Assembly (NCBI GenBank): GCA_023515725.1
Contig: JALDTO010000181.1
Span: 1-64,000, forward strand
DNA from: Amoeboaphelidium protococcarum X5
Taxonomy: Eukaryota > Fungi > Aphelidiomycota
Reading direction: 5' to 3'
Length of the DNA stretch: 64,000 nt
The notes below the pieces were generated by a model that ran no database searches, was not told the DNA's origin, and saw only the letters and a program-made list of their open reading frames with translations. Below are positions 27,041 through 40,257 of the stretch, piece by piece (position 1 is the stretch's first letter; every line of letters begins with the position of its first letter). The translations under genes and the position numbers were made by a program.

Positions 27041-27460
27041 TTTTTACTTACTGATGCTTTTGAAAATAAAATAAGAAAAATCAGTTAAAATACACTTCAG
27101 ATCGGTGCTCTATGTTCAGCAGTAACGTAATCAATTCAAGTCAGAGCAAGATGAACTGGGAATAACAACACGTCAAATGCCACAACAAAGTTTCAACCTT
27201 GAAAAGTTCTGATCGATGGCTTGTGTAAGCGCCTCCTCTTTAGACTACTTGAACTTTGAGTGGCTGTTCATACACGCTTAGGCTGAACAAAAGATCTTCC
27301 GTGTCGCTGACCCCTGAATGCATTTGTGACAATTTTTCGCATCTGTACGTCGAGTGTTCTAATCTCCATCTAGATAGCAGCGTACCACCTGGGAAAGAAG
27401 AGTATAAAATTAATATTAGAAGAAAAGAGCATTAACAATAAATATCATCATCATCTAGAA

Positions 27461-28906
27461 ATGGAAAAATCTAATAATCAAGAAAATCAACCATCCCGTG
27501 CAGTGAATATTCAAAGTGCTGCTGGTGAACGCTTTAATGCTCCAACGCCGCAGAATACGCCAGCGACGAGTCTTGGTCTGATGATGATGGACGGCGGCGG
27601 CGAAAAGTTTTTGTCGCGTCTGCCGCAGTTATAACCTTCGTCGTCATCTTCTCTCTCTGACTCTGCATAGTCTGAGTAAAAGCATTAGGAAGAGAAGTAG
27701 TCTCTCGATCATAATAATAGTAATAATAATTCTGATAAATAAATGTCATCGTCATCTGCTGCTAAAAAGAGTGTCGCCGCTCCTAGTGGAGAGAAGCAGG
27801 AAAGCAGTGTCGCTTCTATCCTGGCACAGAATCCGTAAATTATGGAGGCTTTGTAGGGATAGTTGGGTCAATTGGTCGGACAACAGTCTGGATATGTGCA
27901 GAACTTACCCGCCGCTGTGAAAAGACGCGTCCGTGCTTTGAAAGGTCTTTAATCTCAGTGTAATAAACTGGACCGAGAGTTTAGATAACGCGTCATGGAA
28001 CTGGAGAAGGAGTTTATGGGTAAGAAGTAGCCACTATTCCAGAGAAGAAGAGAGATTGTAGATGGTGCCAAGGATGCTACTTAGGATGAGGTAGAGGCTG
28101 GTCGTGATATCTTTGAAGATGAGGAGTCCGAGGATGCTGACACTAAATCTGCATCATCACCATCTGCATTGAAGGAGGAAGTGGACCTTAAGGGCATTCC
28201 CGAGTTTTGGGCGACAGTCATCAGAAGCTGCCCGATGCTTGAAGAGATTGTGATGGAAGAGGACTATCCCGCTCTTGATCATCTTATTGACGTTAGATTC
28301 TCTCTCCTAGCTGATAATCCTGGATTCCGGCTAGAGTTTGAGTTTAAAGAGAATCCATTCTTTGAGAATAGTATACTATCAAAGGAGTACTATCTAGAGG
28401 ACCAAGCTGGCGAGGATGACGATGATGAAGTCGCTGGCTCTGACGATCTGGTTTATGATCACGCTGTAGGTACTGAGATCAAGTGGAGAGATGGGAAAGA
28501 CTTGACACACAAGATTGAAATAAGAAAGTAGAGACACAAGTCTACCAATAAGACCAGAGTTGTTAAAAAGGTTGTAAAGACGGACTCATTTTTCAACTTC
28601 TTCAATCCTCCTCAAATGCCGGAAGATGACGATGAGGATGATGATCAGTAGGAGGACGAGATTAGTGAAATGTTGCAGAAGGACTATGAAGTTGGAGAGT
28701 TTTTCAAAGAACATCTCATTCCTAGAGCTGTCGACTGGTTCACTGGAGAAGCGTAGGAGTAGTTGGATTTCGACGATGAGGAAGACGACGAGGAAGATGA
28801 CGACGAGGATTACAGCGAAGGTGAGGAAGATGATCAAAATGAAGAGGATGACGATGATCTGGAAGGAGGAGATCAAACTAAACCACAAGAGTGCAAATAG
28901 CAATGA
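27461..28906 (+). CDS. NAP1: Nucleosome assembly protein 1, 481 aa
   Basis: [51 protein letters not shown], acidic tail; ends ECKQQ with the first Q encoded by TAG. Confidence 0.97.
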
Positions 28907-29152
28907 TACATATAAAATTAATCGCTTACTATCTCGATTTTTCACCATCATAATTTCCCCTCTGATAAGTGTTTAGTGCTACCGTACTACCGTCTTCATT
29001 CATTCAAGGGATAAATGTGAGTTTTAAATGATCGACAAGTGATCATCGCGTCGTTTCTTTTCGCTGATCGACAGATCGTCGTCGCATTTGTTTTATCAAG
29101 TTGTTTACGGCGACTTTAAACTTTCAGGTATCTAGTGAAGCATCTAAATAAC

Positions 29153-31540
29153 ATGGTGAATCCAAATGAATCGGCATAGAGTAATCCTGACAGTTGGGTG
29201 TAGAGAAGTGAAAAGTTGGTCAAAGTGACTGGTGAATATCCTCTGAATGCAGAGACTCCCATTGACAGTTTGTAGAAGGATTTTATTACACCTACTCCCC
29301 TCTTGTATGTTAGAAATCATGGACCGGTGCCTAGACTGAACGCCGATAAACATGAGCTGTAGATTACTGGCTTGGTGAAGAGAGAACTTACTCTAACACT
29401 GTAATAGCTTATTAGTGATTTTGATTCTACCGGTGTTACAGTCACATTCAATTGTGATGGATTTCGCAGGAAGGAGTTGAATATGATCAAGTAGTCTACC
29501 GGTAATAACTTTTCGATTGGTGTGATATCTACTGCTACTTATATCGGTGTGAGACTGGTGGATATTATTGAAAGAGTTGGCGTGAAAGGTGGTGCAAAGC
29601 ATGTTATTATGACTGGCAGTGATGATTTGGAACACGGAAATTACGAGACAAGTATTCCATTTGATCACGCTAGAGACAGCAGTAATGAAGTTCTGATTGC
29701 ATATAAAGTCAATGGTGAACCCCTACCTCCTGATCATGGATATCCAATGAGGATGGTAGCACCTGGTTTTGTAGGCGGGAGGCAGGTGAAATGGCTCAAG
29801 CGAATCATATTCTCTGCCACTGATAGCGAAAATCATTATCACTTGTATGATAACAAGGTGTTCCCTCCCAACATTGACTCGGTGGAGAAGGCTCACCAAT
29901 CCGGAATATTCAAAGATCCGCTGTATATTTTGTATGAGATCAATATAAACTCGGTAATTACAAGACCGTAGCATGATGAAACTATTGATATAACCTCATG
30001 TCACGTTGACTCTGAGTATGAAATCTCTGGCTTTGCGTACAGCGGAGGTGGTAGGCCTTTGCAAAGAGTTGTGCTGTCATTAGATGAAGGCAGAACTTGG
30101 CTCTAATGTCAGCTGAATATCAATGAACATGAGAAGAGTAGATGGACCTGGACCTTCTGGAGCCGCAAGGTACCGATTTGGTCTCTGATTAGAGCAGATT
30201 ACATTACAGTGCGAGCATTTGATAATGCACTGAATACTCAGCCTGATAAGCCAATCTGGAATTTGATGGGCATGATGAACAACTGCTGGTATAAAGTGAA
30301 GACGTGCATGCAACCATCTGATATTAACGGCCGGCACAGCACTCTTACGTTCAAACATCCAGTGCTACCCGCCAAGTAGTAAGGAGGATACTTGGATAAG
30401 GCGAACACAGTGGGGGAGTTGCGAGAGTTATCAAAGAAGGTGCCGGATAGGCAATTCAGTTGGGCTGAGGTGAAGAGACATGTCTCTAGGGATGATTGTT
30501 GGTTGGTAATTGACAATGAAGTTGTTGATGTGTCCAAGTTTATGTAGTTACATCCAGGCGGTGGAAGTCCGCTGATGTCCGTGGCAGGTAGAGATGCTAG
30601 TTCTGAATTCCATTCCATTCACTCGATGGATGCTGTTAGAATGAAGATGGATTATGTTATTGGCACGGTATCAAAAGAGCGCGAGTCGAAATAGTCACAG
30701 CGTTAGTTGAGAACTCCTACTGGTAGATTAGTTGCTCTAAGTCCTCGCAAATGGACTCGAGTCACTTTGGTTGAGAAGGAGCGTTTATCACAAGACTCTT
30801 TCAGATTTAGATTTGCATTCGAGAACAAGAATACCGCTCTATGGCTGCCCACTGGATACCACATAATGTTGGGTGGTCACATCCATTCTAAAGAACCTGA
30901 TGAATTAGTCACGAGACCGTACACTCCCGTAAGACCTGTGGTGCTCGATGACGAAGATGGTACATTTGATTTGGTCATCAAGATTTACTACCCACATCAC
31001 AACCGACCGGGAGGAGAGTTGACTATGGCCTTGGATAAACTACAGATTGGTAGTGTGATGGAAGTGAAAGGTCCGAGTGGCACCATTTTGTACCAAGGAG
31101 ATGGTCTGTTCTTTGTCAATGGTCGTTACCGGTATGCAAAGAGGATCTCTCTGCTAGGTGCTGGTTCAGGTATAACTCCGCTTCTCCAGGTCTGTACCAA
31201 AGTTGCTAAAGACCAAGGTAAATATCAATCTGAATTGAAAATGATTTACAGCAACAAAACTGCAGATGATATCCTATGCAAGCAGTAAATAGAAGAGTTG
31301 CAGTCGAGGCTTGGTGGGCGGTTCAAAGTCTTTCATACAATCACTGAACAAGACAAAATTCCAAGCGACTGGACTGGTGGTGTTGGTAGATTGAATATAG
31401 AGATGATGCGCGATAATTTGTACCCATTCGATGATGATACTGTGGCACTAGTCTGCGGTCCTCAAGGATTTACCGACAAGGCGTGTATCCCACTCCTAGA
31501 AGAACTTGGTTACGATGAAGATTCTATTTACATATTTTGA
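29153..31540 (+). CDS. Eukaryotic-type nitrate reductase-like protein (Moco, dimer, cytochrome b5, FAD/NAD(P)H domains), 795 aa
   Basis: YVRNHGPVP, CDGFRRKE, PDHGYPMR, GGRQVKWL, WNLMGMMNNCWY, HPGG/FHSIH, RPYTP, KIYY, GAGSGITP, CGP. Confidence 0.9.
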
Positions 31541-32046
31541 GAGATTTGATCAAGGGATTTAAATTGCTGTCAATGTATCAAACGAATACTCTCACATCCC
31601 AGTTGTTTTTTAACAGCAATGATTAACTTTGTTACTTCTACTGTGGAAACGCGTCGTGATATTTCTGTGAGAGCAGTTTAAAATTGTAATTACAGTCCTT
31701 GGCGTTAGATTGTATCGTATCTAGTCAGCAATATTTTTGAATATATCTATTGACTTTACATAGGCTATCTTATATTATGAAGATAAAATGATTTAAATTA
31801 CTGGAATATATATTTCAATACAAACTACTTCTTTGGGTTCCAAGTCGATTTTCTACAACATAACTGCAATTGTTTGAACCAAATCCCCACGGTGACTGAT
31901 CTCTCTTTGTCTCTGGCGCGCTCTTGTTCTTTTCCCTTCAGTTTACAGTCAGTGGCATTCAACTAATAATTAGTACTCACCTTTTACTGCAAATCTTCTA
32001 TATATTCCATATAGCACCATAATTTTCAAGTTCATAATCTATATAA

Positions 32047-35000
32047 ATGAGCAATCTACCTGCTATTTAAAATTTGTCCTTGTAAGCACAGTAGTAGATT
32101 AAGGCTGTGGAACCGATTTTCAAGATTAGTAAAGTGCAGTTCGAGTGGAAGGGCAAGTGTGTGGATTTGTGTGTTATGAATGATACGCTCATAATGGCTC
32201 TGGATACTGACAGTCTGCTGAGAATAGATTTGTAGAATCCAGCCAGAGTTGAGGAAATCTAGCTGTATGCCAATTTACCCAAGCAGTCAATGTCTGGCAG
32301 ACGCGGGATTTACAAGATATTTCTGGACTACTCAGGACATCATCTTCTCATATCCACTCTCACTGGTGATGTATTCTATCTGTATTATACCTGGAAGCGG
32401 GCAAAACTGCTTTAGAAAGTTAGAGGTTTTCAGATTGAATGCGTTGCCTGGTGCAGAGACTCGGTACCGTTTAGTCGCCGTATGGGTGCCGGAAGATAGT
32501 CGACTGGACCTCTACTAGTCAGCACCAGAGATGGTTATATCTATGAATTGGAGTTAGATCCTGCTGAAGATGCCTTCTTGAAGCGTGAAGAGCGGTATTC
32601 TAAATTGATTTATAGAATGAACTTAGATTAGGATTAGCGTGTTATTGGTATCTTTTATGATTATTTGAGTGGTAAAGGTGGTGGTAATGGCCGTGAGAGT
32701 GATCGTTCTAATTAGCATTACGTTATTATCGCCACTTAGAACAGATTGTACCAGTTTAGAGGCTCAGCCAGTCCTATCGATTCCACACAGCCGTCTTTAG
32801 AGTCTATATTCTTACAATATCCTAATGATCGAGACATGAACTACTAAGAATTGCCTGGCAGTTTGGACACCTCTGAGTTGACGCTGCTCTTCCATCACTT
32901 ATAAAATAGACTCAACAGCGGAATTTACGATGGTGGTTCGCTAAATTCATTATCTAATTCTAATATTGGTCATTTAAGATCTCTGGCGTGGACTATTGCT
33001 CCTGGTGTTTACACTGCCACCATCGAAGATTAGCCTGACGGTATTGTGCATAACATTCAGCTGTATCCTTATCCTTCACAGGTTGACTCTAAGACTGGAG
33101 TTTTTCATACACCTGCTCCCATGTCTATGGCCTGTACCGCTTTCCATCTCATTCTGTTGTACGATGGAGTATTGAAAGTTATTAATCGCATGAATGACGA
33201 AGTTGTTTATGAGTAGGCGGTGAATTTCTTGTCTGAGAGTCGTATAAGTGTTGATTTAGTAAAGAATACCTTTTGGATATTTGATGCTGGTGCCCTGTAT
33301 GAATTGGTTATCACCGATGAGGATCGTGATGTATGGCAGTTGTACTTGAAGCGTAATTAGTTTTCAGCGGCACTGGAGCATGCCAAGACAACGGTGTAGT
33401 TTGATAAAGTTAGAAGAGCACAAGCTTAGTATTATTATTAGTAGAAAAGATTTGTATTGGCTGCCAAGACGTTTGCCTAGACTAGTATTCCGATCGAAGA
33501 GGTGGCTCTGATGTTTATGGAGCATCGTGAGAGCTTGGTCAACAACGGGGACAATAGCTCTGATTATGCCGATATCGATTCTCTCACAGACTAGAAATTG
33601 GAGTCTCTTGTAGTTTATCTTGAGTCTAAAGCTCTAACTCTTTCTGCTGAAGATCAAGTATAGAAGGCGCTTATTAACACTTGGCTTTTGGAACTGAAAT
33701 TGAATGAGATCCATTTACTCAGATAGCAGCTGTTGTTTTCACAGCGCAGCAATAACGGATAGAAATAGAAGGAAGACCGTGATATTAGCTTAAAGCACAA
33801 ACTAGAGTAGGCTTAAAGTAATTTCAAGAGATGGATCTCCAATGCTCAGGTTGCAGAATCTCTGGATTATTAGTCTTCTATTGCAATGATTAGAGAATAC
33901 GGGTGTGAAGATGAGATGATTTATCTGGCAGAATTTAATAAGGATTACTCATTACTGCTTGAGTATTATAGTGAAAAGCAGATGATGGATAAGTTGTTTG
34001 CGATTTTGGATTAACTTAAAGATTCTGAATAGATTTATCAGTATTCGCCATCATTAGCTGTGTAAAAGCCCTATGAACTTGTCGGTTTGTGGATTCGATG
34101 TCCAGGGCTTGATCCTCAGAAGCTATTGCCTGCAATGGCTGTATACAACGCTTAGTTTGCCGCTGATATTGTTAGTGTACCATCTTACAAAGAGCATCAA
34201 GTTGTTAGATATCTCGAGTATTGTTTAAGTAGACTCGCTGCTACTGAGAATGAGATTTGCAATTTACTCCTGTCTAGTTATGTACAATGTAATGCACCCG
34301 ATGAGGTCATTATCAGTTTTATAAAACAGATTCATAATTTCCTGGATCTTTAGAATGCATTGAAAGTCTGCATGTAAAATGATCGACATCATGTACTCAT
34401 TGTCCTGTATGGTTGTATGAAAATGTACGATAGCGCTGTTGACTAGGCATTACAACTTAAAGATGTTGATCTGGCTAAGAAGTTTGCTCAGGAGCCGGAA
34501 GAAGACCTTTAAAAGAGGCGATTACTGCTTAAAATCTACCAGTACATCATTGATGAATGCAAAGACATACCTCGGGCTTTTAAAATGCTGGAAAATGATT
34601 AATTGGTTGGGATTGAATAGCTGCTAGCTTTACTTCCTGAAGATGTACCGATTAATGATTTCAAGGAGCATATTTACAATGCAGTGGAGATGCATAAGTA
34701 CAGGATCGATGAAAGTAAAAAAGTGATGGCTGTCGCTTCTCGAGATGCTTAGAATATAAGATAGAGATTAGATGAATTGCAGAGCAGAGTTATCAAAGTA
34801 TCTCCCCGATCTAAATGCTAATTGTGCTCAGTCCCTCTCTTCTCTCGCTCATATTACGCGTTCAGCTGTGAGCACTTTTTTCATCAAGATTGTCTTATTG
34901 CTTAGATGCTGGATGACGTGCTGAGTCCAAAGTTGTAAAAGCACGTTATATAACTGTAGAGAAAAGCTCAAGAATTTAGAGATGAACAGATGATACATTA

Positions 35001-35187
35001 GAGGAGCTCTGTAATCAATCCTTTGTCTTGGAGCGGTGGATATCAACTCAATCCTCATCAGTAAGAGTTGGATGACTTGGTTGCGGCAGATTGTATAGCT
35101 TGCGGTGATATTGCAGCCAAGTCGATAGATAAGCCTTTAATTAAGACTCGCGATTTAGAAGAGTTGAATGAATGGTAAATCAATTGA
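32047..35187 (+). CDS. VPS18: HOPS/CORVET core subunit Vps18/Pep3, 1046 aa
   Basis: KIFLDYSGHHLLI, TDEDRDVWQLYL, IEEVALMF, RING CQLC...CEHFFHQDC...ADCIACGD. Confidence 0.95.
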
Positions 35188-35202
35188 TCTATCACTAATT
35201 AA

Positions 35203-35772
35203 TCATTACTAGTCAGCATACAGCTGGCAGTCTTGTAATATATCTAAAATTGCCTTATGATGCTTTGTATTTTTCAGCTGCCTGCTCAGTTCTATCATCT
35301 TTTACGCGTTTACTACCATGCGTACATTGTTGTAAGGCTATTGTTACTTGGAGTCTTCAACAGCGGTGCATGTACGCATCAAGTCTTGCATATATTCATC
35401 TATAAGTTAGATTGATTACTTAACCTAATTTATTTTCAGGTCCACACGACTAATATTGTGATTATAGACTTGCTATTTGGATCCTAACGAGCGAGCAATG
35501 GATTCCGATCGTGGCCTCTCATCACTCTGATAGGTGTTGTCAACATTATAAGACAAGTCAACTGCAGAATCGTCATCTTCAGTGAACAGAACAGACAAAC
35601 GCGTCATCCTCCGGTGTGGATGGTCAATAACTGAACCAAATTCTTCCCGATACATATCTTACAGCAGTTTCTTTTCCTGATACAATTGTCTTTGTTATTT
35701 CAACGCAGCTTGTCTTTACAATACGAGTTTATTCATTTCCATTTCAACATGACGCTTACTGTGTGCACTCAT
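35203..35772 (-). CDS. Hypothetical coiled-coil protein, 189 aa
   Basis: ATG35772 to TAG TAA TGA open frame with helical, Q/K/E-rich composition; only 15 nt from the VPS18 stop. Confidence 0.6.
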
Positions 35773-36425
35773 ACTTGATTCTTAAAGAGACTATCAGATA
35801 TATTATTGAGCTACAACTGTGACAATCAAAAAAATTTTTTCAGCGTAATTAGCAAAGAAAGTACAGAATTTAACAATGAAGGAGGTGATAAATTGTTTCA
35901 GAAAACGTGATTGATTCAACCCTGAAACATGTGAAATCGAGACACTTGAAGTTGATATGACGGAAGGATACTACTGAATAATGTCAGTCTAAGCGTACTG
36001 TATATACAGTTTTATCTACAAATCTTAGTGATGTAAGTGATCTATGTCGCGCTACAATCTAACGAAGCATCATGACTGAGTGGTACTCATGATGCCTTCT
36101 AAAATGCCAAAATAATTATGGCGATCAAATCAACAATCAATAGATGCCAACTACGCTACGGCGGTGGAAATACTAAGAAAGAGAAAGACATAAGAAGCTG
36201 TAAACATTTAGAATCAAGTACAATATATAAATTGTTGTGGTATTAGTAAGAAAGTATACGGTAAAGTAATAATTGTACTGTATTTACACGTAATCATAGA
36301 GAAGAGATAGATCATCTAGATTTAGTTTTTATACTGGTAGATCAGCTGACTTGTTTGTGCAGTGATGTAACATACTTAGTCCAATTAGATCTTGCACTAC
36401 AGTCTTGGCAGTGATCTGAACATTA

Positions 36426-37600
36426 TTGACGCCATGCTTCAACATAAATCACTTCATTCATTATCAAAATAGTGCAAAGGCACTACCCAGACCCGAACTG
36501 CTGCCAAGGATCCGCTTGTCATCTCTGGGCCAGAAGGTTTTACGAACAGTGAATTTAACTGAACGCCCCCTTACCCGGCGACAGTCCCACGTACTAGCCT
36601 ATAACATTGAGACAGTCGGTGAAGAGTAGCAGATTCGAGAATTCACCATTCAGTCACCTCGGGCCCAGTCGCTCACATTTGTTGTGGGCCATGGTACCAT
36701 TAAGGTCCATTTAGCCAGATTTTATGCACCGTAGATTATCGTGCTAGTAGAGATTTAAGTCTTGCTACCATTATTAGACACCGTAAGTTATTGTGCTTAT
36801 GTAGTTCTTTTTTATATCTTTTTAATGCACCTTTAATTATCGTGCTTCTGTCTTTTTTTAAACGTCTTAAGCACCTTATCTTATCGTGATGTCGTCTTTG
36901 TTACAAACGTCTTAGAGTAGCGACTTTACTTAAAGGTATAATAAAGATCAGATCAGGGAAACCGACATGCACCGACAGAGAGTCGGAAGCATCAGTGAGC
37001 TAGACCACAGATGTTACAGATTTAAGACATAGCAATGGTGAGCAGAGAGGACAAAGTACAATCGATACGCATAGTACTTTGACTGAGACACATAAAGCAG
37101 ACACCTTGCGCACTGAGGACTATCACACCTACACATAACACCTATCATTATAAGAACACTACAAAAAGTGATGTCTGAAAGATAAGCGTACCGAGTAAGC
37201 GCAACAACCAGACCATTGCTGAAAACAGATCGAGCAACGCCATCAAAACAAAGCGGAAAGCAGGAAGACGAGGAATAGGAAACAACAAGCTGACCACAGA
37301 CTGAGAGGCGGATGAACAGGAGGAAGAAGAAGCGACCTCAGCAGGCAAGTAGAGTGGCAACTAACAGAAACAGACGCAGTTAAGGGATTAGACTATGCAG
37401 AAAGTTCAGAGCGGTTCAGAGGAGAAAGAGGCAAGCAGCTAGTATAGGATAGTATAGAAGTCGCAGCAGCAGCTTGAGACGATAGTAGCAATGACAAGTT
37501 GCAGTGAGGGAAGCATATCGCAGTCGATGTGGACTAGCAGATACCAGCTACCAGAAGACACTACTTTTAGATTGTATTATCTAGCAAGAGTTGTTTGAAG
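36426..37600 (+). pseudogene. Degenerate coding-like remnant of unknown origin
   Basis: A frame open for about 120 codons from 36426 with TAR=Q, then purine-rich K/E/Q/S coding-like segments broken by TGA and frame changes; no recognised domain. Confidence 0.25.
36726..36915. repeat. Degenerate tandem repeat, 4 units of 44-52 bp with core GCACCnnnnnTTATCGTGCT
   Basis: Cores at 36726, 36778, 36827 and 36871; linkers are T-rich and end in GTCTT-like words. Confidence 0.7.
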
Positions 37601-37773
37601 AAGAAGAAGATGTGTTGTGGGAATAATGGAGTTGTGAAATCTCATTGTTTACTTGATCGCGTACTTGTGAAACGAGGCCTCGCCTTTGAATCGATGGGGC
37701 CTCTAGATTCAACTAGGCCAGATCTCGTCCGATTTTGATGGCTATTTCATTATGGAGCGTTTCAGAATATGAG

Positions 37774-40257
37774 TAGTGTTGGGCAGACTTGGCCAATTTT
37801 GACTCGAGTCAGTCGACTCAAGTTGACTTATCCGCGTTAAAGTGGTTTAGTAGAAAGCGCACTAATATAATGTAAATATAGGAATGTTGATTGATTAAAT
37901 ACTTCATTTCTCACGTCAGATTTAATTCTGCAGACGTCTGATCAACATCCTAATCCAATACATCTGCTAATGGTTGATCTATAACATAATCTCCCTAGCA
38001 GAGTTTCTCCATTTAATACTTACTCTTTAAGAGCATACAGTTCCTGACCATTTTTTAACTTAGACGGTTTCTTCTATCAGATGTCATAAAGCCTGCTCTG
38101 CTAAACGCCTCCTCTGAAGGAACACTAGTTGCTGGCATACAGAGAATTTTTTTTGCTACCTTAGCTACAGCAGGAAACTTGATTGTACCAGTACCTTTCC
38201 AAATTCGACTATATCTTACCAAGTTTCAATTTCATTAGGTAAATAAGATAAGTAAGCCTCGACTTGTTATGCAACTGTTTATATAGGTCGTACTTATTAG
38301 TCCTGAACGACCTGAGATGATGAGCCTCTCTTGAACGCTTCGCTTAATCTAGGCCTCTTAGTGATCTTGGACTACGACTGATTTACATAACTATCAAAAT
38401 CTTAACATTCAATATTCACATTTTCTGCAAAAGCCTTCTTGGCACTTTCATACGATGTGATGCTTAATTCATTGAACGACAGCATCTGCTCTTAAATCGC
38501 ATCGATATCGTCCGTATCACTGCAGTCTTTTTGAGCCAAATCAACGAAATAAGCAATATCTATCATCTGTGACCATTTATCTTGATACTATGACATAAGC
38601 TTCGTAAACATCGCGCTTGCAATGCGAGGGATAGCAATTATACTGTCATCACTCAGAGACACTTAAGTACTACGCAAAAACTCTCCTGATGCAAAAGAAC
38701 TCAAATGATGACATACAGAGATAATGAACTCTCTTACTTAATGAACAGTGGGATAGTTGGACCCAGACAACATAACAGTAGCCGCTTTAAAAGGAGCCAG
38801 CAATTCTTAAACCACTGCCAAGGAGTTCCAGTACTAATCCTCAATTGCTTCTAACTTATCATTGTTAAACTGATTATTAACGCGGTAGATAAACAAATTA
38901 ATGACAGCTTTCATTTCAAGGGCTCTCGATATGATGTCAAAAGTAGAATTCCAGCGCGTGTCAACATCAGCTACTGGGAGCTTAACTGAGACTTGATTCA
39001 TATTGCAACATTCTTCAAAAATCTGGAGAGCCATTGGTGATCTAGAAATATATAGGTGAACTGCACGGATGTTATCTAATAGACCCATCAACTCCTCCAG
39101 CCCTTCTTTAACTGCCAAGTTAAGAGCGTGAGCAACACAGCGGATGTGCACAGTACCTGTTAACAAATCAATTTCTACTAAATCATTGATGGCTTTCACA
39201 ATATTCGACGCGTTATCAGTGGTCACACCAACAATCTTCAATTCAATGGAGTAAGTTTAGAGAACATTCATAAGTCTTTTCCTAATCAATGGAGCCGAAT
39301 GCCCTCCAATGCATTCAACGAAATCAATAATAGCGGATCTACGATTCCAGTTATCGTCAATCCAATGGGCAGTTATTACATCGTATGCGACATTGCTTAC
39401 AGAAGTCCATGAATCCGTAGTAAGTGCCACATAATCAGTTAGAGCGAATTCGTTGATCAGAGCCTACTCGTGTAAACTCGATTCTTCTTCAATCAATCTG
39501 CATAGCTACGCCGAGATGGGAGTTAAACTAGTGCTAACGATTATAAAAATTCCTAAAACAACTCAGAGTCAACCACTCTGAATGCCAATGTCTCGCCAAC
39601 TATTAGCTTTAGCAGCAGTCTAACTTGAGTGTCATTCATTTTGTCAACCTTGCCAACGAACTTTTTTATTAGAGATGTACTCCCTTCTTTACGTTCTTCT
39701 TCCTTCGGATACATAGAATACCATACATCGCTATGATGCTTCTTGATATGATCTCTGATGGACGTGCCGGATGTACCTGTCGACCATACTTTATTTTTCT
39801 TATTTTGAAAGCAAGGAAGACACTGACGCGTATTATCTTCCAACAGCCCCACCCACTACCAAAATGGGGCGTCCTTAGATGTTGAGGTGTTCTTTTAACT
39901 ATGAATCTTGGACTCCTTTTAATCCGATATCAGAGAGGTGACCGATTATTACTACTTGGTAGCTTTCGACTAAATATGATCTTGTTATTGTCATCCTAAT
40001 CATACTCTTATTCATACAAAGAATCAGGTTGCATAAAAACGCTCATTTGAGGATATACATCATCAATATCTGAGGCTTAAGACATCGGTGCCGTGGTTTC
40101 CGTATAGATCAAATATGAGAATACAAAAGGCAAAGAATTCGGTATAGATGAAAATGTTAATTAAGGTCAGATTGGGTCCGCATATTGACTTACAAGTCGA
40201 CTTAAGTCTAAGTCTGAGTCAATTCAAGTCGAGTCAAGTCAAGTCTGCCCAACACTA
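37774..40257 (-). mobile_element. hAT-superfamily DNA transposon, 2484 bp
   Basis: Perfect 18-bp TIRs TAGTGTTGGGCAGACTTG (37774-37791 and 40240-40257); perfect 8-bp TSD AATATGAG (37766-37773 and 40258-40265); subterminal GACTY/RAGTC pentamers; internal transposase. Confidence 0.97.
37911..40085 (-). pseudogene. hAT transposase (BED finger, DDE, dimerisation domain) with apparent 1-nt deletions
   Basis: BED CLPC...IRDHIKKHH; TTDSWT, TTDNASN, RCVAH, TRWNS, PATSVPSEEAFS. Frame breaks near 39992, 39509 and 38201; many in-frame TAR; ends in TGA at 37913-37911. Confidence 0.88.

Noticed and set aside
27300-27340. U1 snRNA-like words (GCTGACCCCTG then AATTTTT)
   Set aside because: No ACTTACCTG 5' end or U1-70K/U1A loops at the expected spacing; likely chance.
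36726-36915. CRISPR array
   Set aside because: Eukaryotic context, no cas genes, degenerate repeats, and spacers that resemble each other and vary in length.
37597-37640. Intact LTR retrotransposon (purine tract followed by TG)
   Set aside because: No second LTR beyond an 8-bp match and no RT or integrase motifs.
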